A DNA stretch of 64,000 bases from Dehalococcoidia bacterium (GCA_963555985.3 OY820591.1:1120001-1184000); one strand, 5' to 3'. Numbered from the stretch's first letter, positions 9,701 through 18,486 are shown. Notes: generated by a model from the sequence alone, not told the origin. Made by a program: numbers and translations.

Positions 9701-9830
9701 GTGTTCGGTTCTGTTTCATTTTGTTTCATTTTGTTTCATTTTGTTTCACGTGGTTCGGATTTTGGGGTGCGTTGGGCGGCCTTGGGCGTGTCGGTTCTGG
9801 TCGGTTCGGGAGTGTTTGGGCGGGGGCGGT
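9701..9830 (-). repeat. 10-bp-period tandem/degenerate repeat array
   Basis: CTGTTTCATT TTGTTTCATT TTGTTTCATT TTGTTTCACG at 9711-9750, flanked in phase by GTGTTCGGTT and TGGTTCGGAT. Confidence 0.85.
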
Positions 9831-9888
9831 TGGTCATGGCGGGCTTGGCTCGATGGCTGGGTTGGGGTTAGGCGTAGGCCATCATATA

Positions 9889-9902
9889 CGGACTGGTGTG
9901 CT
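9889..9902. promoter_or_regulatory. Degenerate LexA/SOS-box-like site CGGAC-TGGT-GTGCT
   Basis: Two mismatches to the GAAC-N4-GTTC core; very similar to the site at 33048-33061. Confidence 0.35.
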
Positions 9903-10008
9903 ATGGCGGTCGCGGATTGGGACGTGTGTTGCGGGTGTGACAGTTGAGTGGGGCTGGGGATGTTGGGGGATGGCGATGACGGTTGTGGCGTCCTCGCGGC
10001 GTTTGGGC

Positions 10009-10833
10009 TCATGTGGACGTGTGGCTCGCTGAAGCTGTCAATCTCGTTGGCGGTTCGGCCACTCGCCGCAAGAGCTTGCGACTGAGGTCGGTGGTCGATT
10101 CGAGCGACGAGATCATGTCGCCACCGACATCGGAGAGCCGGGCGAGGTCGGCCCTCGGGATTTCGGCCTGGTTCTCGAAGACGATGATCGACTCGAAATC
10201 CAGGTTGTGGCGGTGGAAATGACCGAGCATGATCGTGGTCAAGCGGGCTTTGTCGCGATTGGGTACGCCGTAGAGGAACAGGGGAGTGCCGCTTTTGCCT
10301 TCGATCCGGTAGTCGACGGGATAGGCGTCGGCATTGGGGACCTCCGGCAGATAGTCCTTCTCCAGCTTGGACTCGTCCACGAAGTCGTTGAGGTAGTCGG
10401 CCAGGTCGTCGTAGAAGGTGGAGCCGACGTTGGAGCGCGAGAGCAGGGTGAGGTCGTAGATGCGAGTGAGCCCCTGGCCGAAATCGAAGATCGCCTCCGG
10501 CAGCCGCTCCGCCGATGTTTCGACTGTGAACACGCCTTCGTTGTACGACATGCCGCTCTCGCCGACGATGCGCTCCAGCAGCATCCCGCGCGTGCCGGTG
10601 AGGAAGGTGTCGACGTCATGCTCGTAGCTGATGTGCATGAGCGTGTGGCCGTAATCGGAGAGGCGCAGCCCGCCCGACGGGGACTCCGCCAGATGGAAGG
10701 GGTAGCCGTCGCCGTCGGGGAATCTGAAGTGGGTGCGCAGCATGAGCGCACCGTCCGGGCGCTCGACCACGCTCACGTCCTCGCAGAGACGGGAACAGAG
10801 CAAGTCTCTGAGGGCTTCGGCGTCCAGCGTCAT
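10009..10833 (-). CDS. DUF1828 (+DUF1829-like C-terminal) domain protein
   Basis: ATG at 10833 overlaps the upstream stop (ATGA). 'RTHFRFPDGDGYPFHL...GGLRLSDYGHTL' fits the DUF1828 TPF..DGD...lSD.G.TL pattern; C-terminal 'YPVDYRIE' region. Confidence 0.7.
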   Translation of the reverse strand: MTLDAEALRDLLCSRLCEDVSVVERPDGALMLRTHFRFPDGDGYPFHLAESPSGGLRLSDYGHTLMHISYEHDVDTFLTGTRGMLLERIVGESGMSYNEGVFTVETSAERLPEAIFDFGQGLTRIYDLTLLSRSNVGSTFYDDLADYLNDFVDESKLEKDYLPEVPNADAYPVDYRIEGKSGTPLFLYGVPNRDKARLTTIMLGHFHRHNLDFESIIVFENQAEIPRADLARLSDVGGDMISSLESTTDLSRKLLRRVAEPPTRLTASASHTST

Positions 10834-11294
10834 AGCAGCCTTCTCTGGTCCGGCTCCGGTGGCGGAATCCCGGCGACTCGGAAGTCGTCGAGCAGACACC
10901 TGAATGCCCCGTTGAGGGTAGTAAATCTGTCGGTCTCTTCGGCCTCGGACTCGGGTTTCCTGCCCGCCGCGATGGCTCTTGCCGTGGCGCGGTGAATGTG
11001 TGGACGGAACTCGATCTCGCCGTGAATGTGGCTGGGGCCGTTGTAACGCGCCAGCGTGAGCCTGGTATCGCCTGGCGGGATGAAGGCAATGCCGCAGGAG
11101 AAATTGCTGTCGTCGAGCATGCTCTGGCGCTGGTAGATCGCGAAGGCGATCTCGTCGTCGTCCCCTGCGATGAGCTGGAAGTTGCGCTGACGGTGACCGG
11201 GCTTGTCGACCCAGCGCGCGCCCGGATTGGCGACCATCTTGGGCAATGCCCAAAGCGCCGCCAGTTCGTCGTCACTGTAGAGCTTGATTGCCAT
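10830..11294 (-). CDS. His-rich hypothetical protein (DUF6978-like partner of DUF1828)
   Basis: 154 aa, 'LTLARYNGPSHIH......PHIH' motif, translationally coupled to the DUF1828 gene; leaderless-type TATGCT-N6-ATG. Confidence 0.6.
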   Translation of the reverse strand: MAIKLYSDDELAALWALPKMVANPGARWVDKPGHRQRNFQLIAGDDDEIAFAIYQRQSMLDDSNFSCGIAFIPPGDTRLTLARYNGPSHIHGEIEFRPHIHRATARAIAAGRKPESEAEETDRFTTLNGAFRCLLDDFRVAGIPPPEPDQRRLL

Positions 11295-11315
11295 GCACGG
11301 AGCATACGGGCAGGG

Positions 11316-14300
11316 CTAGGTGCGGTCGGAGCGAGAGACGGACTTCTCGCCGGTGGGGGTGAAGAGGACGCGGGACTTTTTGCCTCCGTGGATTTGGGGT
11401 TCTTGGGCTAGTTTTCGGCGGATGAGGTCGATGGGGCCGCCCTCGGCGACGAGGGACTCGGGGAGGCCGAGGACATCGACCAGGATGGCGCGATCCAGTT
11501 TGGCTCGGGCGGAGTCTTCGTCGATCTGGTCGAAGGGGAGGAAGCGTTCGTTGCTGAGGGCTTGGAATTGGTTCTTGGCTTCGGCGTGTTGGGCGTCGGT
11601 GAGGGCTCGGGTGTCGAGGGTGGGGAGCATTGGGATTTTGGTCACGCTGACGTTGCCCCTGCCCTTCTGGCGCTTGTTCGCGATCCACCAGTACATCAGC
11701 AGGCCGAGCGTCGAATTCGACCAGAGAATGAACGCATACTCATGATCAGAAATTTCGAACAGCACAGTTGGCCATGCCTGTCCGCCGATGGCTCTGTGTT
11801 CCGTCGTAGCGACCACGAGTGATTGCGAGTTGAACTGAAGGTCGCGATTGAGATGCACTCTCGATGCAGCCGCTCTGATCGCTTCCGCCGCCTGGTTGAC
11901 TTTCGGTTGGCGCTCTGCGGGAACTTTGCGGACTTCGCCTTCTGCGTCAGGTACGACAATCAAGCGTCGCTCGGCGGGCGCGTGATGGCCCCAGAGAATA
12001 GGGTGGGTAGGGACCGCGGATCTCGGCGGCTTGTGGACTAGGAATGGTCCACGATCTGTGCCCCCGCGAGTATCCGCTTTCACGTCACGGTCGACTGGGC
12101 CGCGGTTTGCGATGTTCCGCAACTCAGTGATCGGTATGGGAATGTCAGCGCCTTGCGGTTGGTCAAACTGTGCGAGCGCGCCCTGCGCCAGGCGATAGGC
12201 GACGGCCGCGACTTCGAGGTCCGAGACGCCAACGAACGGCCATGGTTTTCCGAGTTCGAGCGGAGCCAGCACCGCTTGCCCGTAGACGGTATCTCCGAGT
12301 TGGATCGTTGCTGTAGCGCCTGTCGTTGTTTGATTCGGTTGCTCACGCAATTGCCGGCAGGTCTGTTGGACGGCCGATGCGAGTAGGCTGCCGGACACTG
12401 CATCACGAGGACGCTCTTTGAGCACAACGAATGCGCCGAGCGGCGGTGATGACGGGGAGGCTTCGCGCCGGGCAATGACGAGACATTCGGCGATATTGGT
12501 GTCGTCGGAGAAGGCGCGAGTTTCGGAGCCGGACTGGGCGATCGTGATCACGGTGAGGTCCGTGTAGTCGGTGATCCAGCGATCGCGGATTGCGCGCCAG
12601 GCTTGTCCGGACATGGCGCTTAAGGGCAGCACCAGAGCGACGGTACCGCCGGCCCGGAGCTTGACATCCGCCAAATCGATAAAATTCGATGCGATGCCGG
12701 CGTTGCCATGGCCGGCGCCATTCGCCTGCCTCGTGAGGAGAGCGCAGCGGTTCGACATCAGCTTCTGCTGATCGGTCGTCGCTTCGAATGCCGCGAATGC
12801 AGGAATGAGTACCGTCTCGTCTTGGACTTCGGGATTCGTCGGCGAAGTGAACGGCGGGTTCATGATGACGATGTCAAAGGAGCGGTGTCCGACGCGGGCG
12901 ACGATGTCTTCAACGTCCTCACGCCGCCTGCCGCCGGCGGCGACTGCGGCTGCACGTTGAATCAGGGTTGCGTTGATGCCCTCTGGGAGCAGTTCGAGCG
13001 ATCCGGTGACCACTTCAGAGCCGTTTGATTCCTCGGACTGGGGGCCGTGCGGCATCGTGAGCAAGCTGTCGCCGGCGAAGGGGACATCGGGATGCGCTCC
13101 GGCGAGCATGGCGGCGGTCAAATGCACTGCGATGTTCAGTACGTCGAGACCGACCAAGCCAGTCTCCATCATCGTCGCGTGGAGGGTGCGCGGATCGCCG
13201 CCGTGCAACTCATACAAGAGAGATATGTGCTGGTAGGCAGCCGACAACAAGGTGCCGGTTCCGCAGGCGAAGTCGCCGACGCGGAAGGTTGACAGAGCTT
13301 CGGAATCGGACCATTCGGTTTCGGCGGTCGGGCGGTTGCTGTCGATCGCCATTCCCGCTAGCAGAGCCGCGGCACCGGGCCGCGTGTAGTAGGTAGCCAG
13401 GAATTTACGATCTGAGATCAGCCGCTGGAAGATGGTGCCGGTGAGGTCATGCGATCTCGTCACGCCGGCCTGGAACAGTAGGTGGACAGCGTCCCACAAT
13501 ACCTCCAGTACGCGGGCCTGGGCGCCCAAGGGGATCACGCGCAGCAGCTCCAAAGCGGTAGCGAATATGGGCCAGTAGTTGACGCGCAGGATCGCACGCC
13601 ATTCGTCGTACAGGTCGGGGATGTGGTAAATCTCTCTGTCAAAGCGGAATTCCGACAGAGGGCGCACGGTCCGCCAGTTGTCCCCGTCGTTGATCTCGAA
13701 CTTAGTGGTGGCCAGGGCGGCGTGGAAGATAAGCCCATTGGCGAGCACGGTCATGGCCATACGACGGGTCTGGCTCGCCTGATCGTCAGCCTGGGCGAGG
13801 ATTCGCGCTAGTTGCGCGCCTGGCGAATTGGGCGAATGAGAGGGATACATCTGTGTGAAAGACCCCGCTGCCGCATACACGCCGTCTTCCAAGATCCTCC
13901 CCAAGCGCTCAACCCGGGGTGCGGGGGTGGAGGCACGGTGGGCGAGCGCCGCTAAGTCCTTCACTGAACCTCGCAGCCAGCCGGACTCAGGCAAGCGTTC
14001 CTCGCCGCCCGCCAATGTCTGTGTGTACAGCGCGTATTGGAGTTGCTCGGAGCGCCCGATCGCATCCCGGAGCGCTTGGCCTTGCAGGTCTAGCACCGAT
14101 TGCGGATATACCAGCGCGATTGCGCTCTCGATCGGTTTGCCTGTCTCTTGGACGATCTGGCCCAGCCGCTCCCTCGCGTCGCTTTCAGCGCTTGAGTGGT
14201 TGGTTCGTTCGGCCTCGATCACGACCGGCCACTGGGAGGCTTCCTCGAGCAGGATGTCGGGGCGCTTGTTGAAGTCGCGCAGGGTGCGAGTCTGTTCGGC

Positions 14301-14381
14301 GTGGACACGCCAACTGTGCGGGCGTAGCTCTTGCAAGACCTCGCCGAGGGCGATGTTGATGGTGTGTTCGTGGGTGGCCAC
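11316..14381 (-). CDS. Type IIG-like restriction-modification enzyme (N-terminal PD-(D/E)xK-like nuclease + N6-adenine methyltransferase + TRD)
   Basis: GTG start at 14381 (VATHEHTIN...). 'RPDILL...VVIEAE' nuclease-like motif, ATYYTRP (motif X), DFACGTGTLL (motif I), MNPPF (motif IV). Confidence 0.85.
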   Translation of the reverse strand: MATHEHTINIALGEVLQELRPHSWRVHAEQTRTLRDFNKRPDILLEEASQWPVVIEAERTNHSSAESDARERLGQIVQETGKPIESAIALVYPQSVLDLQGQALRDAIGRSEQLQYALYTQTLAGGEERLPESGWLRGSVKDLAALAHRASTPAPRVERLGRILEDGVYAAAGSFTQMYPSHSPNSPGAQLARILAQADDQASQTRRMAMTVLANGLIFHAALATTKFEINDGDNWRTVRPLSEFRFDREIYHIPDLYDEWRAILRVNYWPIFATALELLRVIPLGAQARVLEVLWDAVHLLFQAGVTRSHDLTGTIFQRLISDRKFLATYYTRPGAAALLAGMAIDSNRPTAETEWSDSEALSTFRVGDFACGTGTLLSAAYQHISLLYELHGGDPRTLHATMMETGLVGLDVLNIAVHLTAAMLAGAHPDVPFAGDSLLTMPHGPQSEESNGSEVVTGSLELLPEGINATLIQRAAAVAAGGRRREDVEDIVARVGHRSFDIVIMNPPFTSPTNPEVQDETVLIPAFAAFEATTDQQKLMSNRCALLTRQANGAGHGNAGIASNFIDLADVKLRAGGTVALVLPLSAMSGQAWRAIRDRWITDYTDLTVITIAQSGSETRAFSDDTNIAECLVIARREASPSSPPLGAFVVLKERPRDAVSGSLLASAVQQTCRQLREQPNQTTTGATATIQLGDTVYGQAVLAPLELGKPWPFVGVSDLEVAAVAYRLAQGALAQFDQPQGADIPIPITELRNIANRGPVDRDVKADTRGGTDRGPFLVHKPPRSAVPTHPILWGHHAPAERRLIVVPDAEGEVRKVPAERQPKVNQAAEAIRAAASRVHLNRDLQFNSQSLVVATTEHRAIGGQAWPTVLFEISDHEYAFILWSNSTLGLLMYWWIANKRQKGRGNVSVTKIPMLPTLDTRALTDAQHAEAKNQFQALSNERFLPFDQIDEDSARAKLDRAILVDVLGLPESLVAEGGPIDLIRRKLAQEPQIHGGKKSRVLFTPTGEKSVSRSDRT

Positions 14382-14389
14382 TGAGGTGG

Positions 14390-14581
14390 TTAGTCCTCGA
14401 GGGAGATGGCGGCGCGGGGGCAGGTTCGGACGGCTCGGATGACGTTGGCTTCTTCGGATTCGGGGACGACGTCGACGAGGACGTGGGAGAGGTCGTCGTC
14501 GCGGACTTCGAAGACCACTTCGGTGGCTTCCATGCACTTGGCGTGGCCCTCGCAGAGGCTGGTGTCGATCTTGACTTTCAT
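14390..14581 (-). CDS. 3Fe-4S-type ferredoxin (P450-associated family)
   Basis: 63 aa, CEGHAKC...CP motif with His in place of the second Cys; RBS GGAGG. Confidence 0.9.
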   Translation of the reverse strand: MKVKIDTSLCEGHAKCMEATEVVFEVRDDDLSHVLVDVVPESEEANVIRAVRTCPRAAISLED

Positions 14582-14626
14582 CTCGGGGCCTCCCTCGTCG
14601 GTGCGGCTGCTGCCGTTCGGCTCAGT

Positions 14627-15634
14627 CTACCGAAATCTCGGCATGACCTCTTGGGCGAAGAGTTCGATGCTGCGGCGGGCGAGTTCGCGGGAGGCTCCGG
14701 GCGGGACCGGGGAGGTGATGATGTGGTCGGCGGGGATCCAGTCGAGGGTGCGGTCGATGGCGGCGGCGACGTCGTCGGGGGTTCCGGCGACGAAGCGGGC
14801 GCGGAGGTCTTCGTCGGTGTGGTGTAGGAATTGTCCGAGCGGATCGTCTGCGCCGAGGTCGGAGGCGTCGCTGTACCACTTGCCGTAGGTGTCGCGGAGG
14901 TAGCGCTGGTGGGGTTTGAGTTCTTGCCAGAGGGCTTCGGGGTCGTCGGTGACGTAACCGCCGGCGGAGAGCAGGACTTCTAGGTCGGCGGGGTCGTCGC
15001 CCTGTTCGCGGAGGGCGTCGGCCCAGGCGTCGTAGACGGGGCGGTCGGCGACGATCATGAGGTTGGCGCGGAAGCGTGCGGCGCGGCGGGCGGCGGCCTC
15101 GGAGCGTGCGCCGACCCAGAGCGGGAAGGGCTGCTGGATTGGGGGCGGCGTGACGGTCACGTCTTTGACCTGGTAGTGGCGTCCGTCGAGGGTGACGGAT
15201 TCGCCGGCCAGTGTGCGGGTGATGAGCTCGAGGGATTCGTCCATGATGCTGGCGCGGTGGCGACGGTTGACGCCGAAGCCTTCGAACTCCTCGATTCGGT
15301 AGCCGAGCCCGACGCCGAGGTCAAGGCGGCCGTTGGAGAGGATATCGACGGTGGCGGCGTCCTCGGCGACGCGGATGGCGTTGTGGAGGGGGAGCAGAAG
15401 GACCCAGGTGCCGATGCGGACGCGGGTGGTGAGGCGGGCGATGGCGGCGGCGATGGGGAGGACGGAGGGGGTGTAGCCGTCGTCGATGAAGTGGTGCTCG
15501 GTGATCCAGATGTGGTCGTAGCCGAGTGCTTCGGCGTAGACGATCTCTTCGAGCAGTTCGTCGTAGAACTGGGCCCAGGGTTTGCGCCACTGGGGTGGAT
15601 TGCGGAAGTCGTAGATGAGGCCGAACTTGAGCAT
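14627..15634 (-). CDS. LLM-class flavin-dependent oxidoreductase
   Basis: 'AEALGYDHIWITEHHF', 'RVAEDAATVDILSNGRLDLGVGLGY'; start 15634 preceded by TACTCT-N6. Confidence 0.92.
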   Translation of the reverse strand: MLKFGLIYDFRNPPQWRKPWAQFYDELLEEIVYAEALGYDHIWITEHHFIDDGYTPSVLPIAAAIARLTTRVRIGTWVLLLPLHNAIRVAEDAATVDILSNGRLDLGVGLGYRIEEFEGFGVNRRHRASIMDESLELITRTLAGESVTLDGRHYQVKDVTVTPPPIQQPFPLWVGARSEAAARRAARFRANLMIVADRPVYDAWADALREQGDDPADLEVLLSAGGYVTDDPEALWQELKPHQRYLRDTYGKWYSDASDLGADDPLGQFLHHTDEDLRARFVAGTPDDVAAAIDRTLDWIPADHIITSPVPPGASRELARRSIELFAQEVMPRFR

Positions 15635-15650
15635 GTCCATAGAGTAACTG

Positions 15651-15678
15651 AGCCGCGGCCGGGGAGCCGGCCGCGGCT
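15651..15678 (-). terminator. GC-rich hairpin downstream of the FN3 gene
   Basis: AGCCGCGGCCGG-GGAG-CCGGCCGCGGCT, perfect 12-bp stem. Confidence 0.6.
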
Positions 15679-15700
15679 GCGCAGTTGGTTGTCGATTGCG

Positions 15701-17008
15701 TTAGTTGCTCGTGATCACCGCGCCATTGACCCACGGGGTGTAGTGCAGCGCTCCTGCGGTTGCGCGGACCGAGACCAGGGAGGATTGGGCTGCGCCGGCG
15801 TCGTTGACGGTGAAGCTCACGTTGGTTTGGTCGTTTTGATAGCCGTACGAGTCCGAACCGCACTCGGTCCAGCTCTGGCCGTCGTCGGAGCTGCACACGA
15901 TGTCGTAGGCGATTGTCTCGCCCCAACCGACGGGCCGAGTCCAGGTCACGGTGAGGGTGTCGCCGGTGGCGATCGCCGCGACGTTGGCGGGCTGCTTCAA
16001 GGGCGGGTCGATGCGTGGGAAGTTCATCCACTCGCTTTCGCCGACCGCGTTGACGGCCTGGAGTGCGAATCGGTAGGGCCAGCCTTTGTTGGCGGCGTTG
16101 ATGTGGACGTTCTCATTGCTCCCTCGCGACATGTAGGCGCGTCGCTGCCAGGACGCGCCGTGATCGAGGCTCCAGTTGAGGTTGTAGCCCTGTACGGGTG
16201 CGCCGCGGCCGCTAGGGATATCCCAGCTGAGCACCAAGCCGACGTGGGGATACCACCGAGATTGACCATTGCGCGGCGACTCGGGGCCGTTGTAGAGCGT
16301 GAGCGCGCCGGAGTTGCGCCAGCCGCCCCCGCCGAGGGCATTGAGGGCGCGGACGGCGACGATGTAGTTGAGCTGATCTCCGCCGCCAAAGAGCGAGGCG
16401 ATGTCGTCCTCAACTGTGTGCGCAGCGCCGCTCGCATAGCTGGCGGGCGCGTCGGCGCAGCCGTACCAACTCTTGCCCCCGTCGACGCTGCAAGAGACAT
16501 GATAGGAGGTAATCGGCGAATTGCCGTCGGCGGGGACGTTCCAACTGGCGAGCACAGAGTTGCCGTGTTGAGAGACTGTGAGCGCGCCGATCTGGCCGGG
16601 CGCCGTGACGGGCGCGATCACGGAAGAGTTCACCCAGCCGCTGGATACGCCATTGCGCTCGGCTTGGATGGCGACCAGCAAGCTGCTGCTGTTGGAGTTG
16701 ATCGGGACGTCAGTACTGGGGTTGGCGCTGGCTGAGGAGAAGTCCTTGCAGCGCGACCAGCTCGAGCCTTGGTTGTAGCTGCAATTGACGGCGTAGTTGG
16801 TCGCGGTCGCATCGGGCATGGTGAAGGAGACGGTGAAGCTGAGGTGTTTGCGGATAACCTGGAGATTGGCCGGCGCCGGCGTGCTTTGGGCCGACCCGAT
16901 CTGCACGCTGCCGGCGAACGCGCTCAGTATAGCGAACAACATCAGTATTGTAGCGCTAACGGCGATTGACGGCGGATGGACTGACAGTCGGCTGATTCGA
17001 TTGTTCAT
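15701..17008 (-). CDS. Secreted fibronectin type III repeat protein with Asp-box-like motifs
   Basis: Signal peptide; four repeats with P..P...L...W..P...Y...S.D.G.SW and V.V.A.N..G...W signatures. ATG at 17008 preferred (GTG at 17020 possible). Confidence 0.8.
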   Translation of the reverse strand: MNNRISRLSVHPPSIAVSATILMLFAILSAFAGSVQIGSAQSTPAPANLQVIRKHLSFTVSFTMPDATATNYAVNCSYNQGSSWSRCKDFSSASANPSTDVPINSNSSSLLVAIQAERNGVSSGWVNSSVIAPVTAPGQIGALTVSQHGNSVLASWNVPADGNSPITSYHVSCSVDGGKSWYGCADAPASYASGAAHTVEDDIASLFGGGDQLNYIVAVRALNALGGGGWRNSGALTLYNGPESPRNGQSRWYPHVGLVLSWDIPSGRGAPVQGYNLNWSLDHGASWQRRAYMSRGSNENVHINAANKGWPYRFALQAVNAVGESEWMNFPRIDPPLKQPANVAAIATGDTLTVTWTRPVGWGETIAYDIVCSSDDGQSWTECGSDSYGYQNDQTNVSFTVNDAGAAQSSLVSVRATAGALHYTPWVNGAVITSN

Positions 17009-17163
17009 CTCACGCCTCACTTCCGTTACGACGAATGTCTCTGTTCGTGTTGCCCAGTATATACAGTATGGACCGCACGCGACATATAGCTATCGGAACG
17101 TTGCTCGTTCGCTAGTGATGTACGGGCTTATAACGAAACGGGCGACGTTCTCGAATTGCTCGA

Positions 17164-18081
17164 TTACAACGTGATTCGTCCGCCGAGGGGGATGTCGAGC
17201 AGTTCGGAGCGGGGGGCGACGTGATTGAGTTCGTTCTTGACGGGGGCGAGCGCGTCGGGGCCGGTCATGTCGTGGGTCATGGGCGGCATCCAGTCGTCGT
17301 GGTGTCCGAGCACGATGCGCGGGGCGCGGAGCATGTCGGACATGCGCCCGACGAACTGGGCGAGCGAGCCCTGGATCGGTTCGCCGTCGATGTTGGGGCG
17401 TCCGGCCATGGCGACGATGGCGACGTCGGGACGCATATTTTGGACGACGCCGGTCCAGCAGCCGGAGGTGTCGTGGTAGAAGATCGCGCCGTGGGGGGTG
17501 TCGATCAGGTAGGCGAGCGCGCCGCCGGTGTCGTTGGAGCCGAGGCAGGTGGCGACGTGGTCGACCATCTGGTTGTGCGCTTCGGGGCCTAAGTCCTGCG
17601 AACGCTCGCCCAGCGAGCCGCCGATGTCGATGGTGCGCCGGCCGCCCCAGCGTTCTGCTTCGGTGAGGCCGTATTGGCCGAGGACGATCTTGCCCGGGTC
17701 CCATGAGCCGGTCGTCCAGATGCAGGAGTGGAGGCTGGGGAAGACCTCGACGGTGATGTCTTTGGCGATGCGATGGCGCTCTCCGCCCTGGGAGCGGAGG
17801 AGCTGATCTTCGGAGATGCCGGCTTCGAGCAGGACGCGGGCGGACTCGTTGGAGCCGATGATGGGCGCGCCGGTGTTGGCGGCGATGACTTCTGCGCCGG
17901 CGATGTGGTCGAAGTGGGAGTGTCCAACGAGGATCGCGTCGGCGCGGGAGATGTCGGCGGCGGTCAGTCCGACATCGGGGGCGGAGGGGACGCGGTCGAT
18001 GTAGGCGTCGAGCATGATTACGGTGTCGTCGACCTGGAGTCTGAAGGTCGCGCAGCCGAGCCAGTCGAGGGTCAGGGTCAT
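17164..18081 (-). CDS. MBL-fold metallo-hydrolase (UlaG-like)
   Basis: 'WLGCATF', HSHFDH motif, 'YHDTSG', 'GHHDDW'. Confidence 0.9.
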   Translation of the reverse strand: MTLTLDWLGCATFRLQVDDTVIMLDAYIDRVPSAPDVGLTAADISRADAILVGHSHFDHIAGAEVIAANTGAPIIGSNESARVLLEAGISEDQLLRSQGGERHRIAKDITVEVFPSLHSCIWTTGSWDPGKIVLGQYGLTEAERWGGRRTIDIGGSLGERSQDLGPEAHNQMVDHVATCLGSNDTGGALAYLIDTPHGAIFYHDTSGCWTGVVQNMRPDVAIVAMAGRPNIDGEPIQGSLAQFVGRMSDMLRAPRIVLGHHDDWMPPMTHDMTGPDALAPVKNELNHVAPRSELLDIPLGGRITL

Positions 18082-18129
18082 GGCGGGCCTCCGGTGGTTG
18101 CGCTCGGAGGGTAGCGGGTCGAGGTTCCG

Positions 18130-18486
18130 CTACAGCGGGAGAACCTCACGTGGAACGAGTCGTTCACCAAAAGGATCTACTGCCAACGCGAGGCCCTCCA
18201 AAGTGTACGCCCCCAGCAAGGTGGGTCCGCCGTTCTCACCGAAAGCGACGATGGTCGTGACGATCTCGCCGTCGATCTGCACACGGGCCTCACCGATGTC
18301 CATGCTGACAACTCGGCCGTCGGCGACGCGGAAGCGACGTGTCCTGGTCGGTTCCACTCCAAGCTCTTCGAGCACGTGCTTGGGCAGCGTCGTATAGAAC
18401 GCGCCGGTATCGACCAGTGCCTCAATCTCGCGGGATTCGCCGCTAGCCGGATTCGAAACGGTCATCGGATGGTTGAACGTGCTCAT
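18130..18486 (-). CDS. Clan AA (retropepsin-like) aspartyl protease, copy 1
   Basis: ALVDTGA catalytic motif, 'LLGAYTLEGLALAVDP'; 118 aa. Confidence 0.88.
   Translation of the reverse strand: MSTFNHPMTVSNPASGESREIEALVDTGAFYTTLPKHVLEELGVEPTRTRRFRVADGRVVSMDIGEARVQIDGEIVTTIVAFGENGGPTLLGAYTLEGLALAVDPFGERLVPREVLPL

Noticed and set aside
9701-9760. Possible CRISPR array at the short repeats
   Set aside because: Units are 10 bp and contiguous with no unique 25-45-bp spacers; no cas genes in the window.
14382-14537. N-terminal extension of the methylase ORF to 14537 (and of the DUF1828 ORF to 11253 and selB to 32022)
   Set aside because: The extensions overlap real genes in other frames and are low-complexity; downstream starts fit the family N-termini better.
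9497-14630. Similar 'TAGACTGAG...GACGAGG(G)AGGCC' sequences upstream of the DUF1640-like gene and the ferredoxin, considered as att sites
   Set aside because: Explained by a -10-like hexamer plus Shine-Dalgarno; spacing differs and no integrase is present.
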